A stretch of DNA of 43,714 nucleotides. It comes from a virus (taxonomy: Duplodnaviria > Caudoviricetes). How positions within the stretch are numbered: position 1 is the stretch's first letter; the number at the start of each line of letters is the position of its first letter. Where the stretch lies: positions 1-43,714 of the IMG/VR virus record IMGVR_UViG_3300011443_000012, one strand, 5' to 3'. A program made the translations under genes and the position numbers. The notes under the pieces were generated by a model. That model was given only the letters and a program-made list of their open reading frames with translations. It was not told where the DNA came from and ran no database searches. Below, in pieces: positions 25,400-35,468 of the stretch.

Positions 25400-28300
25400 A
25401 TGCGCGAGATGCGAATTGTCGTCGACGTCGAGACGCTGAAGGCGAAGGCGGAATTCCGCACGCTCGACGGCATCATCGCCGGCACGACCCAGCAGGCGCA
25501 GGCACTGGGCACGCAGACGTCGAAGCTCGTGGACCAGTACGGGCGCGCGGTTGAGCCGACGCGGCAATTCTCGAACGAGCAGAAAAAGCTCGGCGAGGAA
25601 AAGAAAAAGACCGCGGGCGCGTCGGAGATGCTCGTCGGGTCGATTCTGAAGTACGCCTCGTTCGCCGTCATCGGCACGGCGATCCAGCGCACGATCAATT
25701 ACGCCTCTTCCCTCGAGAAGCTCGCGAACTCGGTGGGGACGACCACGCGCGGGATTCAGGTCTTCGAGAACATCGCGGCCCTGAGTAACACGTCGGTAGA
25801 AGCCCTCACGAATGCGATCTATCAGATGTCGCTCCGCCTCGAAGGCGGCGACAAGAGCGCGCTCGCGGCCCTCAAGAAACTCGGCATCGAACTGCACACG
25901 TTCATGCGGCTGCCCGCCGAAGAGAAACTCGTCACGATTGCGAAGGCGCTCGGGCAGGTCACGAGCGCCGAAGAACGCAACCGGCTCGGGACAGACCTCA
26001 TGGGCCGCAGCTTCCGCGACGTGACGGGCGCCATGCGGTCCGACATCGACCAGCTCCGCGACAGCGTCCACACCATGACCGACTCGACGGTCAAGGACCT
26101 GAACGTCGCGGAGAGCTGGTGGAAACGCCTGGCCCTCGCGGCACAGCGGTACTTCGGGGACGTGCTGGCGATGGCGGTGCCGAAAGGCGCCTCACCCTGG
26201 CTCGCGGCCGCCACGGGGCGGATGCAGGACGCGGCCTTTCTGGGCGGCTGGGGTGGGGCGCCAAACCTGCCCGGAGCCCCGGCGGCGCCGCCCTCCTGGT
26301 TGGTCGGAGGCCTGCGCGAGTCTGGACCACGTCCCATCGCGCCAACTGGCGTGAACGACTTCATCGCCCAGGGCGAAGCGCGACGGGCGCGTGAAGAGAT
26401 GTTCCGTCGGTTGCAGGAGCAAGACGCCGGCAACGTCCTCAACCCGCGGTACAACCAGAGCGCCTGGTCGGCGTGGATGGCCACGCAACAGAAAGGCTTC
26501 GACGAGGGGCCGCTCGGCGTGTTCCGACCGGGCGCGTTCGGCGAGCCGGAGCGCGGTGGCGCGGGCTTCACGCCGAGTTATGGCTTCGGTGGGATTCAGC
26601 CAGGTTTTCAAGCGCGACTCCCAGGGACGGCCGTGGCCGGTCCAGGCTTCTGGGGCCGTACGGGTCTCACCGGCGCGGGCATCGGACAGACGGCCATCGG
26701 CGCCATGATGGGCGGCGGGAGCGTGAGGGAGTCGGTGGGCGGTGTCGTGGGCGGCGGCCTGATGCAAGGGCTGTTCGCCGAGAAGGCGGGCGGGATCGCG
26801 GGAAAAATCGGCGGGATGGCGGGCATGGCGCTCGGCGGCATGGCGACGATGGGCATCAGCCTCGCAGCCCCTCTCATCATGGCCGGCATTAAGAAACTCG
26901 CGGGGAAGGGCCATGGCGACGACAAGATCGACGCCGAGCAGGACAAATACATCGCCGGCCAGGGCGGGCTCGACGCGCTCAACCGGAAGGTCTCGCTGAT
27001 GACGGGCGGCACCGGCGCGGTGCAGAAGATGCTCGACGCCCAGAAACCGAAAGAGTTTGCCGCGGCGATGGCAGAGGTCGAAGCCATCGTCGCGAAGTTC
27101 GAGCAGACGCAGGCGGCCTTCAATGAGCAGCTCGCGCGGTCCACGGAGCTCTACGGCGAGGTGTCGGCCAAGCTGGGAAACATCACGACAGTCACCCCCG
27201 ACGTGCAGGCGGCCCTGGAGGCGGCCTGGTCGGCCGACACCCCCGAGGCGTACGCCGATTCGCTGTTGAAGGTCAACGGGATCCTCGACGAGCAGGCGCA
27301 ACACCAGAAGCGGCTCGACGAGCTGGCGCAGAAGTACGGCTTCACCCTGCAGGAGATGGGCCCGAAGTTCGCGCAGGGCAAGCTCGACCAGGAGTGGAAA
27401 AAGATCATCGCGGACCAGAAAGACCTGCAGGCCCTCGGCATGGATAACGACACCATGCTGCGAAAAATGGCGGGCTCGTTCAACAAACTCGTCCAGGAGT
27501 CCATCAAGAGCGGCGCCGAGATCCCAGCCTCGCTCAAACCCTCCCTCGAACGCCTGCAGCAGCTGGGCCTGTTGACGGACGAGAGCGGCAAAAAGCTGAA
27601 GGACCTCGGCGGGCTGAAGTTCGGCACCACCCTCGAAGACACGATGACCAAAATGGCGGATACCCTCGGCCGCCTGCAGGAGACGCTCGAAAGCCTGCCG
27701 CAAGCCTTCGAACGGGTTGCGCGGGGCGGCGCGGCGTCGGCCGGGACGATTCGTCGCGACTTTGGCCAGGCTAACGAGGTCCTGAGCGACACCGGTGATG
27801 CCGTCGATCGCATCACGTTCGGCGAATCCCCTGGCGGCTTAAAGGAGATTCCGACAGCCGCCGCGCGGGCCGGTGCCGCGCTCGACAAGATGGGCGGCCA
27901 GGCCTCCGACGTCCTGACCAAAGCCAGCAAGGACGTGGACAAGTTCGCGAAGAAGCTTGGCGACGTGAAATCGCCGAAGCCGATCTCGATCGACCCGTTC
28001 AGTAAGGAAGCCCGGGACGAGAAGCGGGACCTCGAGCGCCAGCTCGCCATTCTGCGCGCGCCGACCGAGTTCCTCAAGGACAAGCTGCGCCTGCAGTTCG
28101 ATGAGCAGGACGAGATCAAGGCGCTGAACGACAAGAAGAAAGAGCTCGGGCCCGCGCTCGGCATGCTCATCGAGATGGTGAAGCAGAAGTACGCGCTCCT
28201 GTTGCAGCAACTGATCGCCAGCCAGGCCGACACGTTTCACACCGGTGGCATCATCGGCCGGCTCTTTCCGATTGCGCACAATGGTCTCGCCATCGACGAG

Positions 28301-28543
28301 CGCGTCATCATTGGCCAGACCGGCGAAGGCGTCTTGAGCCGTCGCGCGATGGCCAACATGGGCCGCGGGACGTTCGACGCCTGGAACCGAGGGGAACGAC
28401 CGGGCAGTGGATCGACGGTGCACGTCACGGTGAATGTCGATGGGTATCTCGATTCGCCGAAGGCGCAAGCCAACCTCGTCCGTCTCGTGCAACAAGGGCT
28501 CGACCGGCAACTCCGCGGCGACCGCCTCATGGGAGCGCGCTAG
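25400..28543 (+). CDS. Tape measure protein
   Basis: 1047 aa, helical and Gly/Ala-rich; C-terminal FHTGG...GEGVL motif. Confidence 0.9.
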   Translation: MREMRIVVDVETLKAKAEFRTLDGIIAGTTQQAQALGTQTSKLVDQYGRAVEPTRQFSNEQKKLGEEKKKTAGASEMLVGSILKYASFAVIGTAIQRTINYASSLEKLANSVGTTTRGIQVFENIAALSNTSVEALTNAIYQMSLRLEGGDKSALAALKKLGIELHTFMRLPAEEKLVTIAKALGQVTSAEERNRLGTDLMGRSFRDVTGAMRSDIDQLRDSVHTMTDSTVKDLNVAESWWKRLALAAQRYFGDVLAMAVPKGASPWLAAATGRMQDAAFLGGWGGAPNLPGAPAAPPSWLVGGLRESGPRPIAPTGVNDFIAQGEARRAREEMFRRLQEQDAGNVLNPRYNQSAWSAWMATQQKGFDEGPLGVFRPGAFGEPERGGAGFTPSYGFGGIQPGFQARLPGTAVAGPGFWGRTGLTGAGIGQTAIGAMMGGGSVRESVGGVVGGGLMQGLFAEKAGGIAGKIGGMAGMALGGMATMGISLAAPLIMAGIKKLAGKGHGDDKIDAEQDKYIAGQGGLDALNRKVSLMTGGTGAVQKMLDAQKPKEFAAAMAEVEAIVAKFEQTQAAFNEQLARSTELYGEVSAKLGNITTVTPDVQAALEAAWSADTPEAYADSLLKVNGILDEQAQHQKRLDELAQKYGFTLQEMGPKFAQGKLDQEWKKIIADQKDLQALGMDNDTMLRKMAGSFNKLVQESIKSGAEIPASLKPSLERLQQLGLLTDESGKKLKDLGGLKFGTTLEDTMTKMADTLGRLQETLESLPQAFERVARGGAASAGTIRRDFGQANEVLSDTGDAVDRITFGESPGGLKEIPTAAARAGAALDKMGGQASDVLTKASKDVDKFAKKLGDVKSPKPISIDPFSKEARDEKRDLERQLAILRAPTEFLKDKLRLQFDEQDEIKALNDKKKELGPALGMLIEMVKQKYALLLQQLIASQADTFHTGGIIGRLFPIAHNGLAIDERVIIGQTGEGVLSRRAMANMGRGTFDAWNRGERPGSGSTVHVTVNVDGYLDSPKAQANLVRLVQQGLDRQLRGDRLMGAR

Positions 28544-30139
28544 ATGGGCATCAGTGGATCCGATCTCGCGCCCACACAGGCCCGCTTCGGCGTGATGCGC
28601 TTCGGCGCCTTCCGCTTCGGGTACTACCGGCCGAACGTCGTCATCAAGATCGGCGGCGTGCAAACCAATAAGGTGATCGAGGACTCGCTCGATATTTACG
28701 ACCGGCTGAATGGGCGGCGGAACGAGGCGATCTTCACCGTTCGCGCGGGCGTGACGGTGACGGAAGGCATGACGGTCACCATCGCCCTCGGCGCCGATTC
28801 GATCTGGGGCACGCGCCTGTTTGCCGGCACCATCGTGCGCGTGCGGACCGTGCAACCGCATCTGCATCAGGACGCGCGCTACCAGGTGTCGGCGCTCGAC
28901 TTCAGCTGGCTCCTCGACCGGCGACCCATCAGCGCTGAATATCGGAGCGAGTCGGCGACGGCGATCGCGCGCGATCTCGTCACGACCTATGTCTGGTCCG
29001 GGTTCACCGCGAATCACGTCGAGCCGGACTTGCCCAGCGTCGATCACTTTCCCGTCACCAACGTCCGACCGAGTGAAGCACTGAACCGGCTGGCTAAACG
29101 GGTCGGCGCCTCGTGGTACATCGATGACACGCGCGACCTGCATTTTTTCACCGACGAATCGGTGCGCTATCCCAACCCGCCGTCCCTGACCAGCAGCAAC
29201 CACGATTACTGGGACTTCCGGGTCGAGAAGGATCTATCGCAGGTCCGGACGCGCATCATCGTCGAGTACAAATCGACGCGCGTCCTCGGGACGGGCGTCC
29301 CCGCCGGCGCGACCTCCGTCCCGATTCTTGACTGGACCGGCTTCAGCGGGATCACGACGGCCCGGATCGGGCCACAGCTCATCACCTACGCGGGCCTCAA
29401 CACGCTGTTTGAGAGTGCGGGGGAAAATCCCCTCGGTGGCACCGTGGATGCGGATGCCGCCGTCGGCGCGACCACGCTCGACGTCAACATCGGCTATACC
29501 GGCGGCACGCCGTTCCTCATCGTCATCTCGTGGGTGAAGGTCGGCGACCAGGTCATCTCGTTCACCGGCGTGGACTTTCCCGGCGGGTCGGCGGATCCGG
29601 TGCGGCTGACCGGGATCCCGGCGAGCGGCTACGGATCGATTCGCGCCGCCGTTGCCGCCGGCACAGCGTTTCACGGCGTGAGCTCGCTGGAAGGCGTGAC
29701 CGACCTCAACATCGCCGTGCCGGCCGACACGATCGTCGTTCCGCGACTCACCGTCGACGACGCCGGGGCGCAGGCCGCGCTCGCGGCACTCGATGGCACT
29801 GACGGGATCCGCGTGCTGTTCCTCCAGGACGGCCGACTCACGCAGGACGGCGCGCAGGAACGGGCCGAGGCGGAACTGGCCGCGCACAGCACGGCCATCA
29901 TCACGGTGCAGTACAAAACGCGCGACGTCCGCACCCGAAGCGGCCGCACGGTGAGTGTCAACGTCGCTGGCATTACTGATGATTTCCTGATTCAGGAAGT
30001 CCGGCTCACCGGATTTGATCAACTCGCTCCGATCACCAGCCGGAGTCCGATGGCGTTTCCGGTCAAGGACGTGTCTGCACTGCCGCTACGGCTCACCGGG
30101 TTGATCGATTTGCTGAGTCGCGAGGAAGACACCTTATGA
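28544..30139 (+). CDS. Tail tip/hub protein with inserted surface domains
   Basis: Follows TMP; RLFAGTI, SEALNRLA...WYID...LHFF, RSGRTV...DFLIQEV hub-like motifs. Confidence 0.7.
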   Translation: MGISGSDLAPTQARFGVMRFGAFRFGYYRPNVVIKIGGVQTNKVIEDSLDIYDRLNGRRNEAIFTVRAGVTVTEGMTVTIALGADSIWGTRLFAGTIVRVRTVQPHLHQDARYQVSALDFSWLLDRRPISAEYRSESATAIARDLVTTYVWSGFTANHVEPDLPSVDHFPVTNVRPSEALNRLAKRVGASWYIDDTRDLHFFTDESVRYPNPPSLTSSNHDYWDFRVEKDLSQVRTRIIVEYKSTRVLGTGVPAGATSVPILDWTGFSGITTARIGPQLITYAGLNTLFESAGENPLGGTVDADAAVGATTLDVNIGYTGGTPFLIVISWVKVGDQVISFTGVDFPGGSADPVRLTGIPASGYGSIRAAVAAGTAFHGVSSLEGVTDLNIAVPADTIVVPRLTVDDAGAQAALAALDGTDGIRVLFLQDGRLTQDGAQERAEAELAAHSTAIITVQYKTRDVRTRSGRTVSVNVAGITDDFLIQEVRLTGFDQLAPITSRSPMAFPVKDVSALPLRLTGLIDLLSREEDTL

Positions 30140-30966
30140 GCATCACCCGCACGTCCGTCACCGATGATGACGGCTCCGGGACCACCGGGACGATCGGCAA
30201 TAACGCCTGGCTGCAGGCGCTATTCGACACGCTCGATGCCCGCTGGTCTCGGGTGACGATTACGTCGACGGGCACGCAGAACAACCTCAGCGTGTCGGAC
30301 GCTGACCTGGTTCTACTGAACAACGCGTCCGCGCTGACGATCACCGGCATTGCGGCGCCCTCGTCGCCGGCGAAGCCCGGCAAGAAGCTCGTGCTCTGTT
30401 CGATTGGGGCCGGACAGGTCAACCTGGCCCAACAGAACGCGAGCTCAACCGCCGCGAATCGTCTTATCAATTTCGCCACGTCGGCAAACACGCCGCTCGC
30501 CGCCGGCAGTGGCATCGCCGTGTACGTGTATGACGACAATGCGTCGCGCTGGCGGCTGATCGGCCACGACCAGGGAGCGTGGATCACTCCGACGTTTTCG
30601 GCGGGCGATTTTACGGCCCAGACGGGGAACTGGACGGTCGACAGCGGCGATGTGCTGTGCATGAAGTACCGCCTCGATGGCCGATCGCTGTCGGTGATGG
30701 TGCAGATCGAAGACACCGATGTCAGTGCGACCCCGACGTACCTGCAGGTGGCGGCGGCGCAGTTTGGAGGATTCACGATCACGACGGCGGGCGTCACGCA
30801 CGCACTCATCAATAACGCCGGCGGCGGATACGGGATCGGCGTCCTGCAGCATGTCGCGAGTGGTGGGCTCCGCTTCTTTCGGAGCGACTTCGGGACATCA
30901 ACGTTCTCGACGACGTCGAGCGATAACACCGACGTCGCAGGTCAGGCGACGTTCGAGGTGACCTAG
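30136..30966 (+). CDS. Tail fibre / receptor-binding protein
   Basis: Ser/Thr/Gly-rich beta protein; AWITPTF...KYRLDG..L...FEV resembles fibre tip domains. Confidence 0.65.
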   Translation: MSITRTSVTDDDGSGTTGTIGNNAWLQALFDTLDARWSRVTITSTGTQNNLSVSDADLVLLNNASALTITGIAAPSSPAKPGKKLVLCSIGAGQVNLAQQNASSTAANRLINFATSANTPLAAGSGIAVYVYDDNASRWRLIGHDQGAWITPTFSAGDFTAQTGNWTVDSGDVLCMKYRLDGRSLSVMVQIEDTDVSATPTYLQVAAAQFGGFTITTAGVTHALINNAGGGYGIGVLQHVASGGLRFFRSDFGTSTFSTTSSDNTDVAGQATFEVT

Positions 30967-31218
30967 ATGCGACGACGGGACATTCGCCAGCTCTGGACCG
31001 TGTGCTTGGCCGTCCTGTGTCTGGCGACGACGGTCGTGACGATCGGCCAGAGCCAGGACTACATCAACGCCACGCTCACCGAACGGCTCAACGGCGTGGA
31101 GCTCCGGCTCGGCCGGCTCGAGACCGCCCTGATGGGGTTGGTCGCGACGGTGCTCGCCAATCTCGGCGCCCACATCATGGAAATCCGGTCACGCCAACGG
31201 GATCGGCAGGACGGATGA
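30967..31218 (+). CDS. Small membrane protein (holin-like)
   Basis: Two hydrophobic segments; directly upstream of the endolysin. Confidence 0.55.
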   Translation: MRRRDIRQLWTVCLAVLCLATTVVTIGQSQDYINATLTERLNGVELRLGRLETALMGLVATVLANLGAHIMEIRSRQRDRQDG

Positions 31219-31604
31219 GCCGCGCGCTGGACGACCTGTCGCCGGTGTTCAAACCGCTCGCGATGGCGCTGCTCGCGCGCTGCGTCGAAGCGCAGATCCC
31301 CGTCATCATCGTCGACACCCTGCGCACGCAGGCGGAGCACTCCGCGAATCTCGCGAAGGGCGTCAGCTGGACGAAGCACAGCAAGCACCTCGACGGACTC
31401 GCGATCGACATCTGCCCGTATGCGCAGTACGACCTGCATGGGCGCGACAAGCTGCAATGGGACGGCGGCGATCCGATCTGGTTTCGCATCGGCGCGATCG
31501 GCGAGAAGCTCGGTCTCCGCTGGGGCGGCCGGTGGTCGACCCCAGACCTCGGGCACTTCGAATACGTGGCACCGGTGGCGCCGACGCCAGGGCGGGTCGC
31601 ATGA
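31215..31604 (+). CDS. Endolysin, M15-family peptidase
   Basis: RT, SKHLDGLAIDI and WGGRW..PDLGHFE motifs. Confidence 0.92.
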   Translation: MSRALDDLSPVFKPLAMALLARCVEAQIPVIIVDTLRTQAEHSANLAKGVSWTKHSKHLDGLAIDICPYAQYDLHGRDKLQWDGGDPIWFRIGAIGEKLGLRWGGRWSTPDLGHFEYVAPVAPTPGRVA

Positions 31605-32635
31605 AGTTCGGGCTACAGACGCACTTCAACGCGCCGATCGGGACTGACACGCTGGGCCAGGTGCGCGCGCGTGGGTTCACGCTCGCGCGCATCGATTGTC
31701 AGACGGCCTCGCTCGACGACATGCGGCAGATGCTCGAGGAGACGCGGGCCTGCGGGATGCAGACCTTGCCCGTCGTCGACCTGCAGCGGCTGGAATACGT
31801 CCCCGCCGGCGAGTGGGCGGAGTTTGGGAACGAACCCGACGGCGACATCGAGCCGAAGGAGTACCGCCGCGAGCTCGAGGCCGCGTGTCGTCTCGCGGAC
31901 GTCCAAGGTATCAAGCTCTGGGCGCCGGCGATTTCGAATCTTGATGAGGACTCGCTGCAGTGGCTGAACGACGTCCGCGACGCCGGCGCGACGCCGGGCT
32001 GGCCTGCTGGTCTGTACGGCCTCAGTGTGCACCGCTACGGCGACGGGACCTTCGACCATCCCCATCGTGGGTTTTCGTCGCGCGGCCGCGAAGTCTACTG
32101 GCTCAAGCTCGCGATGCGGGCGGGCATGCCGTTCCTCGTCAGCGAGTTTGGCTATCCGACGATTGACGATTTGACGGACGCCGACCAGGCCGCGCGCATC
32201 CGCCAGGAATGGGCGTTCTGGCAGCAGCAGGGCGCCGAGGCCGCGGTGCTCTTCCAAATCAACGACGGCCCGGTCGATCACCGCGAACACCGCTACGGCA
32301 TTCGACGATGCCACCCTGACGGCACACTCGGCGACTGGAAGCCGAGCGCGTACACCGTTCCCCATTCTTCCCCTGCTGCAGAGGAGACCATGATGCAAGC
32401 CAGCTTCGTGTTGTCACGCCGTGATTTGATTCCCGTGCCCGGGCGCGCCGGGTTGTTCACCGTCCGCTATCCGACGGGGTCGCAGGACACGGTGTTGTCG
32501 GTCCAGCCCAACGGCGACCTCGACACGCGCCCCCTGGGCACGACCGGCCCGTGGGAAGTCTTGCGTGATGAGGGCACGCGCGCTGTGTTCCCGGAGACGA
32601 AGGGCGCCGTCTACGCGCTGCCCTTGGTGGACTGA
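31601..32635 (+). CDS. Clan GH-A-like glycoside hydrolase with C-terminal beta domain
   Basis: EFGNEPD (acid/base), SVHRY, VSEFGY (nucleophile), YGI. Confidence 0.75.
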   Translation: MKFGLQTHFNAPIGTDTLGQVRARGFTLARIDCQTASLDDMRQMLEETRACGMQTLPVVDLQRLEYVPAGEWAEFGNEPDGDIEPKEYRRELEAACRLADVQGIKLWAPAISNLDEDSLQWLNDVRDAGATPGWPAGLYGLSVHRYGDGTFDHPHRGFSSRGREVYWLKLAMRAGMPFLVSEFGYPTIDDLTDADQAARIRQEWAFWQQQGAEAAVLFQINDGPVDHREHRYGIRRCHPDGTLGDWKPSAYTVPHSSPAAEETMMQASFVLSRRDLIPVPGRAGLFTVRYPTGSQDTVLSVQPNGDLDTRPLGTTGPWEVLRDEGTRAVFPETKGAVYALPLVD

Positions 32636-33816
32636 TGAGTTTCCTCCTGCTCACCGACGCATCCCCGCGCGTGGTTGCGCTGCCCGACCTGAAGGCGCGC
32701 GGGCGTCTCATCTATGCCAGCGAGAACCCGTTCCCCTGGATTGGGGTGGACGGCTTCCTGCTCGGGGATCGGATTGCCAAGAACGAAGACGTCGATGCGG
32801 TGCTCGCCTGGTATGTCGCGCGGCGGTTCCGCATCGTGCGCGTGTTTGCGGCCATGTCGATCGTACCGGAGCAGCGCGGCCGCGCGCCGTTCATGCTGAC
32901 GCCCGACGAGGTCGCCCGCGTGGTCGCGGTGCTCAGCCGGCGCGGGATCTACGCCTGCATCACCGTGGGCGACATGCAGATCCTGATGCCGGACCACGAC
33001 CAGCAGCGCGCCTACCTGACGTCGATTGCGTCTCAGGTGGGCGAGACGTGCAACGAGCCGTTCAAGAACGGCGTCGACGTTGTTCGCATGGGGCGCACGG
33101 GGCATCGGTTCCAAGCCTCGGGCAACTACCGCTTGCGCGACGTCGTCACGAATGAGAAGGACAAGAACGGCCGCATCATCGTCCGCCAGTACCTCGACGG
33201 CGTGCTCGATGCGGTGTTCAACCACTCCGAGCGCAAGGCCGAGTTCGTCCGGACCCCACACTTCCTTGAAGAACTCTGGGACGGATGGAACGTGGTCGCA
33301 GAGTCGGGCCCCCACAAAGGCAAACGGGTCATCTTCGAGGGCGTCGAGGCACCCGGGGTCGAGGACGAGGGCACCGGGTTCGCCGAAGTGCGGAAGGGCG
33401 ACAGCCGGAGCGATTCCCCGGAACAGGCGTTCGACTACGCCGCGTGCGCAGCACTCTTCGGTCCTGGCGCGACATATCACTCCGACGCCGGCATCGACGC
33501 GGTGGTGCCGGGTCCGGTGCAGGACGCGTGCGCGCAGGCGTTCGTCGCGGGCCTGGAAGCGATTTCGGTGCAGGCGCCGGAGTGGGAGTACACGCGAGGC
33601 GGAACCAGCGCGTGCCCGATCGAACACGTCGACCGCTCGGTGGATCGCGCGCGCGGCGCCCTACGGACCTACGTGAAGTACACCGGCACCTTCGCCGTCG
33701 TCGTGGCCTTGGACCCGGGCCCGGAGTGGCGCTGCACGCCCGTGAACGGCTGGCGGGTTATTTCCGCGACGGGCCTGCGGCCTGACCGCCACAACATCGT
33801 CTATCTCGAACGCTAA
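32635..33816 (+). CDS. Second TIM-barrel glycoside hydrolase-like protein
   Basis: FRIVRVF, ETCNEP, NHSER, VEDEG and GATYHSD resemble a divergent GH-A fold. Confidence 0.5.
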   Translation: MSFLLLTDASPRVVALPDLKARGRLIYASENPFPWIGVDGFLLGDRIAKNEDVDAVLAWYVARRFRIVRVFAAMSIVPEQRGRAPFMLTPDEVARVVAVLSRRGIYACITVGDMQILMPDHDQQRAYLTSIASQVGETCNEPFKNGVDVVRMGRTGHRFQASGNYRLRDVVTNEKDKNGRIIVRQYLDGVLDAVFNHSERKAEFVRTPHFLEELWDGWNVVAESGPHKGKRVIFEGVEAPGVEDEGTGFAEVRKGDSRSDSPEQAFDYAACAALFGPGATYHSDAGIDAVVPGPVQDACAQAFVAGLEAISVQAPEWEYTRGGTSACPIEHVDRSVDRARGALRTYVKYTGTFAVVVALDPGPEWRCTPVNGWRVISATGLRPDRHNIVYLER

Positions 33817-33825
33817 AGGAGTCCC

Positions 33826-34170
33826 ATGCCTGAGATCACCACGATTGTGACCAAGCGCGACGACGGCGTCCCGAACAACACGCTGGCGGAAACGCCGAGC
33901 ACCATTCCCGACGTCATCGTGAAGGCACTCTCGCCGGCGCGGATTACGGTGACCCGGGTCCTGCGGGTCTACCTGCAGTCGCTCGCCGGCATGCTCACGG
34001 TCGTCATGAGCGGCATGGCGCCCGATGCGTTGATTCCGCCGGCCGACTTCGTCAGCAAGCTCCAGCTGGCCGCCGGCCTGGCGATCGCGCCGGCGACGAT
34101 GGCGCTCTTGCAGAATGCGGTCGAGCTGCTCACGAAGTTCGACGAATCCCATCCGCAGTTGAGAGCCTGA
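33826..34170 (+). CDS. Holin-like membrane protein
   Basis: RBS AAAGGAG; RVLRVYLQS followed by two hydrophobic helices. Confidence 0.55.
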   Translation: MPEITTIVTKRDDGVPNNTLAETPSTIPDVIVKALSPARITVTRVLRVYLQSLAGMLTVVMSGMAPDALIPPADFVSKLQLAAGLAIAPATMALLQNAVELLTKFDESHPQLRA

Positions 34171-34181
34171 AGGAGATCATC

Positions 34182-34562
34182 ATGTTGCGAAAACGTGCCC
34201 CCCGGTCCGTGGTCGCGCTCGTCCTCACGCTGCTGGTCGTGGCGTGCCGCCCGCCCGCCGGCGTGGTGACCGAGCCTGGCAAAGACGCGTACACCGCCGA
34301 TCAGATCCTGCAGCGAGTCGAGCGCTTGCAGAATGCGGCCATCGACGCGCACCAGAGTGGCAATCTCCCCACAGAGACCGCGCGCGCGATCGTGTTTGCC
34401 ACGGTGCAGATCGCCGAGTTCGCGGACGCGGCGCAATCGGATTGGCGCACGATGGTCCGGCAAGCCTGGACGCAGGCGAAGGCGGACGTGCCGGCGCTGC
34501 ACACCGAACGCTTTCGGATCTACGTGGCGTCGATCGATGCCTTACTCGGAGGGCTCCTATGA
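34182..34562 (+). CDS. Lipoprotein (possible spanin-like lysis accessory)
   Basis: Basic N-terminus, hydrophobic core and lipobox-like VVAC. Confidence 0.65.
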   Translation: MLRKRAPRSVVALVLTLLVVACRPPAGVVTEPGKDAYTADQILQRVERLQNAAIDAHQSGNLPTETARAIVFATVQIAEFADAAQSDWRTMVRQAWTQAKADVPALHTERFRIYVASIDALLGGLL

Positions 34563-34738
34563 TCGAAGCGATCATCACGCAGATTCTGATCCCAGAGATC
34601 GCGGCGTGGCTGCGGAAGGAACCGGATCTGACCGACGCGCAGATCATTGCGCGCTATCAGACGCGACGCGACGACATCATCGGAAAGGGCAGGGGGTTTC
34701 TGGCCGACACGGTAAACCCTACGCCGCCGACACCATAG
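34559..34738 (+). CDS. Small hypothetical protein
   Basis: ATGA overlap and GGAGG RBS; MIEAIITQILIPEIAAW. Confidence 0.6.
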   Translation: MIEAIITQILIPEIAAWLRKEPDLTDAQIIARYQTRRDDIIGKGRGFLADTVNPTPPTP

Positions 34739-34782
34739 CGCTCTGGCGACGCGTGGTGTACGAGGAATACGACTGAGACGCC

Positions 34783-34965
34783 ATGCCCCGGCGGTGGCTG
34801 ATGAAGCAGCTCCTCGATCGCCCGGTCGGCCTGTACCGGATTCGGGCGCCGTCACGGCTCACCCGCGCGGTCCTGTGGGTGGTGCACTTTCCGTGCGGGC
34901 TGGGCTGGCATCGGCCTGATCCCTTGGGCCGACAGTGCACGCGCTGCTGGACGGATCTGTGGTGA
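34783..34965 (+). CDS. Small hypothetical protein
   Basis: C.LGWH...CTRC motif; otherwise weakly supported. Confidence 0.4.
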   Translation: MPRRWLMKQLLDRPVGLYRIRAPSRLTRAVLWVVHFPCGLGWHRPDPLGRQCTRCWTDLW

Positions 34966-35051
34966 GAATCTGATCGTCGACGCCGGTAAAACCTTGGGGC
35001 CACGATGGAGTCGGACCATCATGGTGGAGGCGCCCGGCGTCGACGACTCAG

Positions 35052-35399
35052 TTACTTCAGATCGCGCGCGAGATTGCCGGCGAGCGATTGGGCCACGGAC
35101 TCCACATCCGCCGGATGCACGACCAGCACCGCGCTCGTCACGAACGTGCTCGCGCGTAGCAGCACCATCGAAACAACGATGCCCTCCTGGCACGGTGAGG
35201 GCGCCGTCACGAGGCGCACACGGTGCGGGGCGTTGGGCTCCCAGCCGGCCGTTGTCTTTCGCAATGCTGTGGCCAAGGTCGGCCCGAGTCGATTCTCGCC
35301 GACCTGTTCCACCGTCACGCGTGGCCGTTCTTGTGCCACGACTGCACGCCCCTCGAGCGACAGGGCACCCGCTACGACGCCGAGCATGATGAATCGCAT
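35052..35399 (-). CDS. Secreted/periplasmic moron-like protein
   Basis: Signal-peptide-like MRFIMLGVVAGALSL...VVA-QE; opposite strand to the late operon and next to attP. Confidence 0.6.
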   Translation of the reverse strand: MRFIMLGVVAGALSLEGRAVVAQERPRVTVEQVGENRLGPTLATALRKTTAGWEPNAPHRVRLVTAPSPCQEGIVVSMVLLRASTFVTSAVLVVHPADVESVAQSLAGNLARDLK

Positions 35400-35468
35400 G
35401 AGCCTGCCTTTCGCGCGGAAGTATCGGTCACCGCGAGATGGAAAACGAGATGGGGTTTGTCCTACGGC

